Position numbers and translations under genes: made by a program. From Erysipelothrix larvae (GTDB taxonomy: Bacteria > Bacillota_I > Bacilli_A > Erysipelotrichales > Erysipelotrichaceae): 32,000 nucleotides of DNA. The DNA is taken from assembly GCF_001545095.1 (NCBI RefSeq), contig NZ_CP013213.1, positions 1,260,001 to 1,292,000 of the forward strand, written 5' to 3'. Position 1 is the first letter of the stretch. Each line of letters begins with the position of its first letter. A model generated the notes under the pieces. The model saw only the letters and a program-made list of their open reading frames with translations. It was not told where the DNA came from and did no database searches. Shown here piece after piece: positions 8,975 to 17,932 of the stretch.

Positions 8975-10783
8975 ATGACAAAAACAATCTACCATCGATC
9001 TCAAGTAGATCAAAACATTACATGGGATCTTACAGCAATATTTAAAACTGAAGCAGATTTTGAAGCTGCAATCCCAGCACTGATTGATGCAGTGGACACA
9101 CTTAAATCAACATATCAAGGGACATTAAAGAACTATGACGCGATTTATAATTGTCTCAAAGATTACGAGGCGATTCAAAAGCAAATGGATCATATCTTTA
9201 CTTATGCATCGCTTAAAAGTTCAGAAGATTCAACTGATCCTGTAAATCAGAATCGAAGCAGCGCTACCATGATGAAGGTCAGCAGCATCTTCCCTAAGTT
9301 GAATTTTGTTGAAGATGAATTGCGCAAGCTCGATGAATCAGTATTAAACGAGGTTATCGCACAAGATCCTCACTATGCACGATATCTTGGCTTAATCTTA
9401 AAGAACAAAGCAAATACACCATCTGAAGATGTTGTGAACGCATTATCCGTTCTAAAAAACACGTTTGATGGACCTTACGACTCCTATCAAATGAATAAAT
9501 TAGTTGACATGGATTTTGGAACCTTTGAAGCAAATGGAAAAACCTATCCAAACTCCTATGGCTTATTTGAAGATGAATGGGAAACTGATAACGATATGAA
9601 TGTGCGTCACGCTGCATTTGATTCGTTCTATAGCACACTTGCGAAACATCAAAACACTGTAGCATCTGTGTACTCAACACATGTCTTAACAGAAAAAGCA
9701 TTGGGTCAATTATCAAATTTTGACAACACCATTGATTCCCTTCTTTTTGACCAAGAAGTCACTCGTGACATGTATGATCGACAAATCGATCTCATTATGA
9801 CCCATTTAGCGCCTCATATGCGTAAATATGCAAAACTCTTAAAACGTGTACATAATCTTGATACAATGACCTACAAGGACTTAAAACTCGTTGTAGACCC
9901 TGAATTTGAACCATCTATTACAATCGAAGAATCAAAGAAATATCTAAATGGTGCACTTGCTCGTTTTGGTGATGATTATCTTGAGATTGTGAAACGTGCT
10001 TTTGATGAACGTTGGATTGACTTCCCACAAAACAAAGGAAAATCAACTGGAGCATTTTGTTCAACACCTTATGGTGTTCATCCTTATGTTCTCATCAGCT
10101 GGACTGAGAAGATGAATGAAGTGTTTGTATTGGCACATGAACTGGGTCATGCTGGGCATTTCTACTTATCAGGGGAAGCGCAAACAATCATTAATACACG
10201 CCCATCACTTTATATCATTGAAGCACCATCAACGATGAATGAATTAATGATGGTCGACTACTTGATGAACACTGTTGAAGACAAGCGCATGAAACGTTGG
10301 GTTCTTTCAACAATTATTGCGCGTACATATTACCACAACTTTGTAACCCACTTGCTTGAAGCTGCATATCAACGTGAAGTTTATTTGCGTGCTGATAATA
10401 ATGAACCAATCAACGCTCATTCACTCAATGCAATCAAACGCCAAGTGCTTGAAACATTCTGGGGTAATGATGTTGAAATCAGCGAGAATTCTGAATTAAC
10501 CTGGATGCGTCAACCACACTATTACATGGGACTCTATCCTTATACATATTCTGCAGGACTTACCCTAGCAACTTGTGCAAACCGTAAGATTGCAAATGAC
10601 GAACTTCCAATTGAAAAATGGAAAGACTTGCTAAAAGCAGGTGGCACAAAAAATCCAATTGACTTGGCAAAAATGGTGGATGTTGACTTAACAACCGAAC
10701 AACCACTCATGCAAACCATCGATTATATCGGATCAATTATTGATGAAATCATCGCATTGACCGATGAACTTGAGAACGCATAG
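8975..10783 (+). CDS. pepF: Oligoendopeptidase F (M3B metallopeptidase)
   Basis: 602 aa with the zinc motif HELGHAGH. Length and overall layout are typical of PepF. RBS is AAAGGAG. Confidence 0.85.
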   Translation: MTKTIYHRSQVDQNITWDLTAIFKTEADFEAAIPALIDAVDTLKSTYQGTLKNYDAIYNCLKDYEAIQKQMDHIFTYASLKSSEDSTDPVNQNRSSATMMKVSSIFPKLNFVEDELRKLDESVLNEVIAQDPHYARYLGLILKNKANTPSEDVVNALSVLKNTFDGPYDSYQMNKLVDMDFGTFEANGKTYPNSYGLFEDEWETDNDMNVRHAAFDSFYSTLAKHQNTVASVYSTHVLTEKALGQLSNFDNTIDSLLFDQEVTRDMYDRQIDLIMTHLAPHMRKYAKLLKRVHNLDTMTYKDLKLVVDPEFEPSITIEESKKYLNGALARFGDDYLEIVKRAFDERWIDFPQNKGKSTGAFCSTPYGVHPYVLISWTEKMNEVFVLAHELGHAGHFYLSGEAQTIINTRPSLYIIEAPSTMNELMMVDYLMNTVEDKRMKRWVLSTIIARTYYHNFVTHLLEAAYQREVYLRADNNEPINAHSLNAIKRQVLETFWGNDVEISENSELTWMRQPHYYMGLYPYTYSAGLTLATCANRKIANDELPIEKWKDLLKAGGTKNPIDLAKMVDVDLTTEQPLMQTIDYIGSIIDEIIALTDELENA

Positions 10784-10852
10784 TCATCAAAAGAAAGCTC
10801 AATTCGGACCTATTTTACACCAATCAAAAGACCGATTGATGATTTTTAACAC

Positions 10853-10890
10853 AAAAGTGGAAGTGTATCTTTATGCATTTCCACTTTTTA
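10853..10890 (+). terminator. pepF intrinsic terminator
   Basis: 10-bp stem aaaagtggaa ... ttccactttt followed by Ts. Confidence 0.6.
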
Positions 10891-11150
10891 TATGTGATCG
10901 ACTTGTTTACCAAATGATCTTTATGATGTAACCGACTCAAAACATTGAGATATTTTAGATACTCACCACAGATTCATTAAGAAAACCCATACAGTGCAAA
11001 TCACAAGCGATATTTTAAACCAATTCAAAATAAGTTAGTTCTTCACGAAAAATATCCCCTTCTTTATTTCCTCCCAATTGCTTCTGTGTTCTTGTTTTTA
11101 ACACTGTGTCATGTATAATAAAGGTGTAGTTTTATGCAAGGAGGGAATTC

Positions 11151-11861
11151 ATGAAACTGATTATTGTAAAAGACAACATCGAGGGAGCTCAAAAAGGTTT
11201 TGAGATTATCGAAGATGCTTATAAATCAAACACATTACATACAATGGGTTTAGCTACTGGTAGTACACCATTAACACTCTACAAACGTATGGTTGAAAGT
11301 GATTTAGATTTTAGCACCGTGACATCTGTAAATCTTGATGAGTATGTTGGATTAACAGGCGATCACCCACAAAGTTATCGCTATTTCATGGAACAAAACT
11401 TGTTCCAATATAAGCCTTTTAAGGCAACCTATGTACCGGATGGTTCAAATGACAATGAACAAGCGGTATCTGATGAGTATGAAGCAATCATTGCAGCACA
11501 TCCGATTGATATTCAAATCTTAGGGATTGGTGGCAATGGACATATTGGGTTTAATGAACCGGGATCATCTTTTGATTCAATCACCCGTAAAGTAGAACTT
11601 AAAGAAGAAACAATTGAAGCAAATGCACGTTTCTTTGATTCAATCGATGAAGTCCCTACTTTTGCTTATTCAATGGGTATTAAAGATATCTTGAGCGCTA
11701 AAAAAGTACTTCTATTTGCTTACGGAGAACAAAAGGCCGATGCGATTCGTCGTTTATTCGAAGAAGATAAGACAACGGACTTACCAGCTTCTGCACTAAA
11801 AGATCACAGTGATGTCATTGTGATTGTTGATGAAAAAGCTGCTTCTGCTCTGACTCAATAA
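11151..11861 (+). CDS. nagB: Glucosamine-6-phosphate deaminase
   Basis: 236 aa with GLATGSTP, NLDEYVG and GIGGNGHIGFNEPGS. RBS is AAGGAGGG. Confidence 0.93.
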   Translation: MKLIIVKDNIEGAQKGFEIIEDAYKSNTLHTMGLATGSTPLTLYKRMVESDLDFSTVTSVNLDEYVGLTGDHPQSYRYFMEQNLFQYKPFKATYVPDGSNDNEQAVSDEYEAIIAAHPIDIQILGIGGNGHIGFNEPGSSFDSITRKVELKEETIEANARFFDSIDEVPTFAYSMGIKDILSAKKVLLFAYGEQKADAIRRLFEEDKTTDLPASALKDHSDVIVIVDEKAASALTQ

Positions 11862-11866
11862 GAATG

Positions 11867-11890
11867 AAAAAGCCTGAAGTTCAGGCTTTT
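11867..11890. terminator. Bidirectional terminator after nagB
   Basis: Hairpin aaaagcctgaa-gt-tcaggctttt with A and T tracts on both sides. Confidence 0.7.
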
Positions 11891-11900
11891 CTTATACAAC

Positions 11901-11946
11901 AAAGGTTATCGGTCTTAAAATGACGGATAACCTTTTCTTATTTTTT
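11901..11946 (+). terminator. Second hairpin plus T-tract (tandem terminator)
   Basis: 10-bp stem aaaggttatc / gataaccttt with a 15-nt loop, followed by ttcttatttttt. Confidence 0.45.
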
Positions 11947-11965
11947 ATTTGCGTATTAAATATTG

Positions 11966-12130
11966 TTACAGGTTAAATTGAGGCATTCCATTAAGATAAA
12001 GGTAAACCCCTGCACCAACAATCAATGCAATCAAAATTGTTCTAAATACCATTTTCTTAATCTTTCTTTTTACTGCCAACAACACAACTAACGCAAGTGC
12101 AATACTGCCATAAACTTGTAAATCTGTCAT
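11966..12130 (-). CDS. Small (54 aa) two-TM membrane protein, hypothetical
   Basis: Below the ORF-track size cutoff. AGGAG lies 4 nt upstream of ATG 12130, 7 nt after the DUF885 stop. Translation is MTDLQVYGSIALALVVLLAVKRKIKKMVFRTILIALIVGAGVYLYLNGMPQFNL: two hydrophobic helices with a basic loop. Confidence 0.5.
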   Translation of the reverse strand: MTDLQVYGSIALALVVLLAVKRKIKKMVFRTILIALIVGAGVYLYLNGMPQFNL

Positions 12131-12137
12131 AAGTCTC

Positions 12138-13889
12138 CTACTTCATAATATTTAAATCTAATGCTTTTTCAAGCATATCAAACGAGGTTGATCCTTGTTT
12201 GAGTAACGCTTCATGAAATGCATAATCTGAATAATCCGCACCCCATGCCTTTTCAGCTTTTTCGCTGAGAATTCTGATATACATACTTGACACATAGTAC
12301 ATCGGGTAAACGCAAGGGTTCTCAACAAATGCTAGGTATAACTCCTCAATTTGATTAACCGAAGTCGTTTCACTGTACCATCCCTCATCAACTAAGAAAT
12401 TAAGGGTCTCTTGTTGACTCCAGCCTTCATAATTAATTCCAATATCCAATTGAACGTATAGATTACTCAGGAGTTCATTGTAATTTTGGAAGAACAAACC
12501 CAAATCATCCCCTAAAACATACTTTGTCGCATAATTTTCAGTGTAATTTGCCCATCCTTCAGCATTCGCAGAAGAACTTAAGAAACTTCGAATTTGGTTC
12601 TCACCGGATTGTTTAAAGTAATTAAACTGATACATATGTCCAAAGATTCCCTCATGAATGTATGTTGTTACTTTATCATTTGAAAAGTTCCCATTCACAT
12701 AAATCGCTTGTACGTTATCATCGGTTGCATCCACTTTGGGTGTGAAATAAAACGCAGGTGATGCACTGTCTTCTAAGGATTCATCAACAAAGTTAATGCT
12801 ATAATTGGGTACATTAATCATCGGAAAATCTTCACCCATTTTCTCAATCATTGTAGTGAGTACACTTTTCTCATCACTAAATAGGCCATCAAATACATTC
12901 CCATTTTGAACCGATTCTTCGAGCGTTTCATCATAATTAGTTTGGAAGTATTTCACCACTGAGTACATTAAGTCTTTCTTACGAGATTTAAGTTGTTTTG
13001 ACACTTGATCGACCGAATACGAAGACCCTGTGTTTTTCTTAAACAGATACTCATAATAAGCTTTACCGTTTTCTTTATTCGCAAGACCCCTAAGCTCGCC
13101 CCCTTCAATCTCACGAATTGAAGACGCTAAGGAAGCATACGCTTTACTAAATGATGATTTCATGGCTTCTTGATGTTTTAAAATATAGTCATCCTTAGCC
13201 TGTTGATCAATAAACGATATAGATGCCATTTGACGTTCAAAAGCACGGTTTAAGAAATAGTCTTCTTGAGCTGCTGCAGTTGCTGTACTATCGGCAGCCT
13301 TGACGATACTGTCTAGTTCTTTTTGACTCAACCCCATATTTTTACTTTGACGTGTTTTTTCGAGTTCAACGAATTTAAGTAGGTTCTCTTCCAGGGTGTT
13401 CACGAAGTTAAAGTAATACTCGATGTCACGTTCTGAGTTAAAAACATACATATCCAAATAACTTGGAAGTGACATAATATATGACCGAGAAGAACTGAGA
13501 GCATCCCCTTCTTCATACTCATAAAACTTTTCAGAACCAAGATATGCTGATAAATACTCAATAATCGCATCGCGATCGATAATTTGTTGCTGTGTAAGTG
13601 AATCATCCGTAAAAGATCTTAATGTCTTAATCATTGTATCAAGTTGTTTCGATGACTCATCATAGTCTTCTTGTGTTGAAAATCCTAAACTATAAGGTTC
13701 TGGCACAATCCCAAATGCTTCAGGATCATTAAATGACAAATTAATACCTATATCTGTTGACCCTATAATTTCTGCGTACAGGGTATTCACATATTCATCA
13801 AATGTCCCCTCATAAGTAATGACCTCGTTACTTTTACATCCGCTTACTACAAAGAGTATTGATAATAACGTTACCAGTATTTTTTTCAT
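12138..13889 (-). CDS. DUF885-family lipoprotein
   Basis: Signal peptide with lipobox (MKKILVTLLSILFVVSGC). HEGIFGHMYQ matches the DUF885 HExxPGHHxQ region. ATG 13889 follows AAAGGA; the track start at 13907 is an alternative. Confidence 0.7.
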   Translation of the reverse strand: MKKILVTLLSILFVVSGCKSNEVITYEGTFDEYVNTLYAEIIGSTDIGINLSFNDPEAFGIVPEPYSLGFSTQEDYDESSKQLDTMIKTLRSFTDDSLTQQQIIDRDAIIEYLSAYLGSEKFYEYEEGDALSSSRSYIMSLPSYLDMYVFNSERDIEYYFNFVNTLEENLLKFVELEKTRQSKNMGLSQKELDSIVKAADSTATAAAQEDYFLNRAFERQMASISFIDQQAKDDYILKHQEAMKSSFSKAYASLASSIREIEGGELRGLANKENGKAYYEYLFKKNTGSSYSVDQVSKQLKSRKKDLMYSVVKYFQTNYDETLEESVQNGNVFDGLFSDEKSVLTTMIEKMGEDFPMINVPNYSINFVDESLEDSASPAFYFTPKVDATDDNVQAIYVNGNFSNDKVTTYIHEGIFGHMYQFNYFKQSGENQIRSFLSSSANAEGWANYTENYATKYVLGDDLGLFFQNYNELLSNLYVQLDIGINYEGWSQQETLNFLVDEGWYSETTSVNQIEELYLAFVENPCVYPMYYVSSMYIRILSEKAEKAWGADYSDYAFHEALLKQGSTSFDMLEKALDLNIMK

Positions 13890-13969
13890 TTGATTTTGTC
13901 CTTTCATTTATTCATTTTACCTTAATTTCAAAAATAAATAAAGCCGTGAGATGAATCTGAAGATTGTGT

Positions 13970-14002
13970 CAAAAAAAGTCAACCTCTTACGAAAAGGTTG
14001 AC
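13970..14002 (-). terminator. Intrinsic terminator after the lipoprotein gene
   Basis: On the minus strand, gtcaacc-11 nt-ggttgac followed by T7. Confidence 0.7.
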
Positions 14003-14029
14003 GAGTGTACTAATAAGCATTTTTTCAAA

Positions 14030-14605
14030 TTATGGTGTTTCGTTTTGGGCTGTATCATCCACTGGATTATCCCCAGGATCCTCTTCAGGTTCTTCAACTG
14101 GTTTTTCATATTTTAGTTCGAACTCAAACACTTCTTTAAATGATTCAAGCTTCGTATAGTTTTTCCAAGCAACAAGGACGCGAATGGTCACGTTATCTTC
14201 TTGCAAATCAAGACGTCCAACGACAATTCCTTTTTTGAATCCATGATCTTCACGGGCTTGATTTGGAATGAAAATATAATCACCATCAAAAATTCCTGCG
14301 CTTGGTTTCATCACGTCTAGATTAAATGGTTCTTCATTTTCAACGACCATAATCTGAACGTCATACATTGCGATTTTCGCATCATCGATGGTCACAACAT
14401 ATTGATATCCTTCATCAGAAGGCGCAATTTCAGTTGTAATTGAATAGAATCGAGACGATGTTTGAAAGCGATCTTCGTTTAACAAGGCACGATAATAAGT
14501 TTCATATAGATTGAGTTGTTCTTGGTAAGCGGCGCTTTTAGAGTTGTCACAAGCCGTAAGTGCTAAGACACACACCAACAAACATAGTATCTTTAATTTA
14601 CGCAT
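14030..14605 (-). CDS. Hypothetical lipoprotein with acidic Pro/Glu-rich C-terminal tail
   Basis: MRKLKILCLLVCVLALTAC carries the lipobox; the C-terminus is PVEEPEEDPGDNPVDDTAQNETP. The RBS AGGAG overlaps the tyrS stop codon. Confidence 0.7.
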   Translation of the reverse strand: MRKLKILCLLVCVLALTACDNSKSAAYQEQLNLYETYYRALLNEDRFQTSSRFYSITTEIAPSDEGYQYVVTIDDAKIAMYDVQIMVVENEEPFNLDVMKPSAGIFDGDYIFIPNQAREDHGFKKGIVVGRLDLQEDNVTIRVLVAWKNYTKLESFKEVFEFELKYEKPVEEPEEDPGDNPVDDTAQNETP

Positions 14606-14614
14606 AATAAGCTC

Positions 14615-15865
14615 CTAACCATGTATTACAACATGATATGTTTTCTTACCACGACGGATTACTGATATTTCACCATCAATCGCCTGTTCTTTAGATAATA
14701 CATATTCCAAGTCATTTACAACCTCGCCATTTACTCGAATTGCATTGCTTGTGATGAGCTGACGTGCTTCACGTTTACTTGGTACAAACTGTGCATTTAC
14801 CAATACATCAAGAAGCGCGCTATCTTTATCAAGCGTGTATGGTGTTTGATGGTGGAATAATGCTTTCACTTGTTGTGCGGAAAGTTCACTTAAATCCCCT
14901 GAGAAAAATGCTTTTGTCATCTTGAGGGCGTTATCTAGTCCTTCTTGCCCATGCACAATCCGTGTAAGTTCTGTTGCTAATTCCTTTTGAGCTAAACGCT
15001 CATGCGGCGCTTTCACAAACGCAGCTTCAATTTCTTGAATTTCAGACACTGGTTTGAGTGAAAGACGCTTCATGAAATTAATCACGTCATCATCACTTAC
15101 ATTGATAAGGTATTGATAGAACTCGTAAGGACTGGTGTAATCAGCATTCAGCCAAACATTTTGACCCTCGCTCTTACCAAACTTCGTACCATCGGATTTA
15201 GTGATGAGTGGTGATGTCATTGCAAAAGCTTCTTCTTCAATGCCTTTTACTTTACGAATCAATTCCAAACCACTTACTAAATTCCCCCATTGATCTGACC
15301 CACCAAATTGGAGCCGTACATCATAGTTTTCTAAAAGGTGTAAATAGTCTACTGCTTGTAAAATTGTATAACTAAACTCAGTAAATGAAATACCGGTTTC
15401 AAGTCGTTTTGCAATCGTGTCTTTCGCAATCATCGTACTGACTGAGAAGAATTTACCATAATCGCGTAAAAAATCGATAATGTTCATCGATTTTAACCAA
15501 TCATAGTTATTCACCAATGTTACGGGGTTATCATCACTGGCAAGAATTGCATCAATTTGAGATCCAATGCATTGTACATTATGCATTAAGTCTTCTGCGC
15601 TGAGCATCTTACGTTCTGTGGTCGGACGTGGATCTCCAATCATTCCAGTTCCCCCACCAACGAGTGCAATTGGATGGTGTCCATTCAATTGGAATCGTTT
15701 GAGTAAGATTAATTGTTGGAGGTGTCCAATATGCAAGGATTCTGCTGTTGGGTCAAATCCACAGTATAATGTGATTGGTTTGTTTAGTCGTTTTAAAAAT
15801 TCCTCTTTATGCGCTACATCTTTTACAAGACCGCGCCATTCTAATTCTTCAAAAAAATTCATCAT
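14615..15865 (-). CDS. tyrS: Tyrosine--tRNA ligase
   Basis: 416 aa with a HIGH motif (LHIGHL), KMSKS-type KFGKS, a C-terminal S4-like domain and N-terminal FEELEWRGL. The second ATG at 15862 is equally possible as the start. Confidence 0.95.
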   Translation of the reverse strand: MMNFFEELEWRGLVKDVAHKEEFLKRLNKPITLYCGFDPTAESLHIGHLQQLILLKRFQLNGHHPIALVGGGTGMIGDPRPTTERKMLSAEDLMHNVQCIGSQIDAILASDDNPVTLVNNYDWLKSMNIIDFLRDYGKFFSVSTMIAKDTIAKRLETGISFTEFSYTILQAVDYLHLLENYDVRLQFGGSDQWGNLVSGLELIRKVKGIEEEAFAMTSPLITKSDGTKFGKSEGQNVWLNADYTSPYEFYQYLINVSDDDVINFMKRLSLKPVSEIQEIEAAFVKAPHERLAQKELATELTRIVHGQEGLDNALKMTKAFFSGDLSELSAQQVKALFHHQTPYTLDKDSALLDVLVNAQFVPSKREARQLITSNAIRVNGEVVNDLEYVLSKEQAIDGEISVIRRGKKTYHVVIHG

Positions 15866-15872
15866 TGGGCTC

Positions 15873-17120
15873 CTAACTTATTGATCGTTCAAATAAAATA
15901 CGAATCTTTAAATAATAGCGTTGGATAATATCCAACATTACAGTTACGGCAAGTAAGACCGTAGAATCATGGGGATAGATATAATTGGATGTACAGAAAC
16001 GATCCATTTCAATCCATTTATCTTCCTTCATGATTAAGTTTTTTGCTAAAAACTGAACCTTTAACAAGTTTTGTTCACCATTGTGTCTTAATACTGCTTG
16101 ATCATCATAGCGACTCATAATATAGAGTAGTGTTGACATAATTGATTTATTGCGTTGGTAAAATGGTACATATAACGAAAATACTTCTTTCATACCCGTT
16201 CGCGCAATATCATAACGTTTATGCTCATCCAGTGATCGGACACTTCCATACAGTGAATCACTCACACGTTTAATTTCACTTTGCATATCTTGATACCCTC
16301 GTGCATGGATAAACGACAAGAGTACAACACTTGTCATGTAGACCGGGTATTGATAAGACTGTTGGTTTAAAACTGCGGCTTTAATTTTCATTTCTACTTC
16401 TTGTTGGAAGCGACGCACTTCTTCAGCATTTTTTATGTTAATGTTAAAGGCACGTTTCATTTCATCTTTATAAGTACGCAACCAATGCACAAATTTTTCG
16501 AAGTTCATTTGTGTATTACTGCCACGATAATTGGGGCCATACATACCAAACCCCATTGGTTTTGTAAAGACACTTACAAAGCCATAAACCAAGATATTAG
16601 AAAGCACAGTGTGCTTATCTCCGGATACAACTTGGTTTTCTACATTCTTAATATAAGTATCTTCATATTTCTTTTCTGTAAATGTGTTGTTTAAAAGTTC
16701 ATCTATCGGCATTTTATAATAAAAATCAAGGCGTTCATTAGCACCCACTGCTTCACGGGTCACTTCACCGGTATAATCATAAACTTCAGCATGAATCGCA
16801 AACCCAATTGGGTGATTATCTTCATAGTGAACCATTGTGTTGCGAACGGATTCAGCGTCTTCTTCAAGTCGTACATAAAAGATAAGACCATCAGCATCAA
16901 AGGTATAGGACCAGGATTCAAAGGTATAACGATCCCATAACTCAAAAAATACTGTGAACACAGCATATGAAACATTATGATTTTGTCGATCAGAGCCGGC
17001 AAATGCACCTGACAAAACAAGCAGTGAGCCATGTTTGTCTTCAACCATGGATTTTACGATTTCTCGCCGCTCTTTTCTTAATTCCTCAAATGAATCTGAA
17101 GTTAATGGTACAATTTTCAT
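15873..17120 (-). CDS. Hypothetical protein; divergent CitX (holo-ACP synthase)-CitG (triphosphoribosyl-dephospho-CoA synthase)-like fusion with degenerate motifs
   Basis: 415 aa. The N-terminal part has EELRKERREIV...NHPIGFAIHAEVYD, resembling CitX. The C-terminal part follows the CitG motif order, but with substitutions: KPMGFG, QSYQY, IARTGM, DDQAVLRHNG and YPHDSTVLLAV. Start placed at ATG 17120 after AGAGGA. The stop TAG is embedded in the tyrS RBS. Confidence 0.4.
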   Translation of the reverse strand: MKIVPLTSDSFEELRKERREIVKSMVEDKHGSLLVLSGAFAGSDRQNHNVSYAVFTVFFELWDRYTFESWSYTFDADGLIFYVRLEEDAESVRNTMVHYEDNHPIGFAIHAEVYDYTGEVTREAVGANERLDFYYKMPIDELLNNTFTEKKYEDTYIKNVENQVVSGDKHTVLSNILVYGFVSVFTKPMGFGMYGPNYRGSNTQMNFEKFVHWLRTYKDEMKRAFNINIKNAEEVRRFQQEVEMKIKAAVLNQQSYQYPVYMTSVVLLSFIHARGYQDMQSEIKRVSDSLYGSVRSLDEHKRYDIARTGMKEVFSLYVPFYQRNKSIMSTLLYIMSRYDDQAVLRHNGEQNLLKVQFLAKNLIMKEDKWIEMDRFCTSNYIYPHDSTVLLAVTVMLDIIQRYYLKIRILFERSIS

Positions 17121-17225
17121 AATCATCCTCTTTCGTAAGTTTATTTTACCACAAATTTCACGAGAATATCGTTAAACTTAACAAACTCTATATAATAAAA
17201 CAATATGAAGTTAAAGGGAGAGAAA

Positions 17226-17255
17226 CAAAAAAAGAGACCGAAGTCTCATTTTTTC
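17226..17255 (-). terminator. Terminator after the 5-FCL gene (end of the suf transcription unit)
   Basis: On the minus strand, aaaaaatgagac-ttcg-gtctc followed by T7. The stem is short (5 bp) but flanked by A6 and T7. Confidence 0.55.
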
Positions 17256-17362
17256 ATTATACTTAAGAAAGACGACTTTCTTTCTAAAATTTCTTTGGAG
17301 AAGAAATACTTTGTAAACTTGCACTTAGTTCACGCTCATATAATACCAAGTATGTGTGAAAC

Positions 17363-17932
17363 CTAAATGGTCGAATTATGTGAAATAGTGTGATAAAGAA
17401 TTCCTTCATTTGTGATGATTAAATCTACGGGTATATCGTGATTTTCTTGAAACGACTGAGTGACTTTTTGATATGAATAGGCAAGCCCGATTTTCACATG
17501 ATTGTAGTTTACTAAATACTTATCATAAAATCCAGCACCATGCCCTAATCGATAAAGCGCATCATTAAAACCGACCATCGGAATATAGAGTTGTTGGATC
17601 TGTGAAGGATCAACATATTCGCAACCATCTATCGGCTCTAAGATACCCATCGTACCAGCTTTTAGATCTTTAAGATGTTTGATTTCATAGAAGTTCATGA
17701 TTTTTCCTTCGATACGCGGAAGACACACTCGAACACCACTCATCAACCAATTTTGAATCATGAAATACGTGTCCACTTCCCCTTTTATCGATGCATAGGT
17801 CCCAACACAATCAACACTTCCCATTTGTTCTGTGATGATATCAGTAATGATTGCATCAAGTCCCAATCGTTGTTCTAAGGATACGGAATCACGTTTCGCA
17901 ATCATTTGCTTTCGTAAAGTTTTTTTATCCAA
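17363..17932 (-). CDS. 5-formyltetrahydrofolate cyclo-ligase
   Basis: [14 protein letters not shown] at the N-terminus and [11 protein letters not shown] near the C-terminus. TTG 17932 lies 5 nt after GGAGGG, so I prefer it to the track TTG at 17950. The overlap with the sufB stop reads TTGGATAA. Confidence 0.8.
   Translation of the reverse strand: MDKKTLRKQMIAKRDSVSLEQRLGLDAIITDIITEQMGSVDCVGTYASIKGEVDTYFMIQNWLMSGVRVCLPRIEGKIMNFYEIKHLKDLKAGTMGILEPIDGCEYVDPSQIQQLYIPMVGFNDALYRLGHGAGFYDKYLVNYNHVKIGLAYSYQKVTQSFQENHDIPVDLIITNEGILYHTISHNSTI

Noticed and set aside
10927-10939. cre-like sequence TGTAACCGACTCA upstream of nagB.
   Set aside because: The right half does not fit the TGWAANCGNTNWCA consensus (positions 10-14 are out of register). 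It also lies about 180 nt upstream of the likely nagB promoter.
10784-11150. Possible small gene in the pepF-nagB spacer (minus-strand GGGAGGA...GTG AAG AAC TAA).
   Set aside because: The open frame is only 3 codons, and no other ORF of meaningful length exists on either strand. The spacer probably holds only the pepF terminator and the nagB promoter.
15866-17362. Search for a tyrosine T-box riboswitch upstream of tyrS.
   Set aside because: No conserved T-box 14-mer (GGUGGUACCGCG-like), no AGAGA/GNUGGNA elements and no UAC specifier-loop context were found. The hairpin at 17226-17255 is better explained as the terminator of the upstream suf/5-FCL unit.
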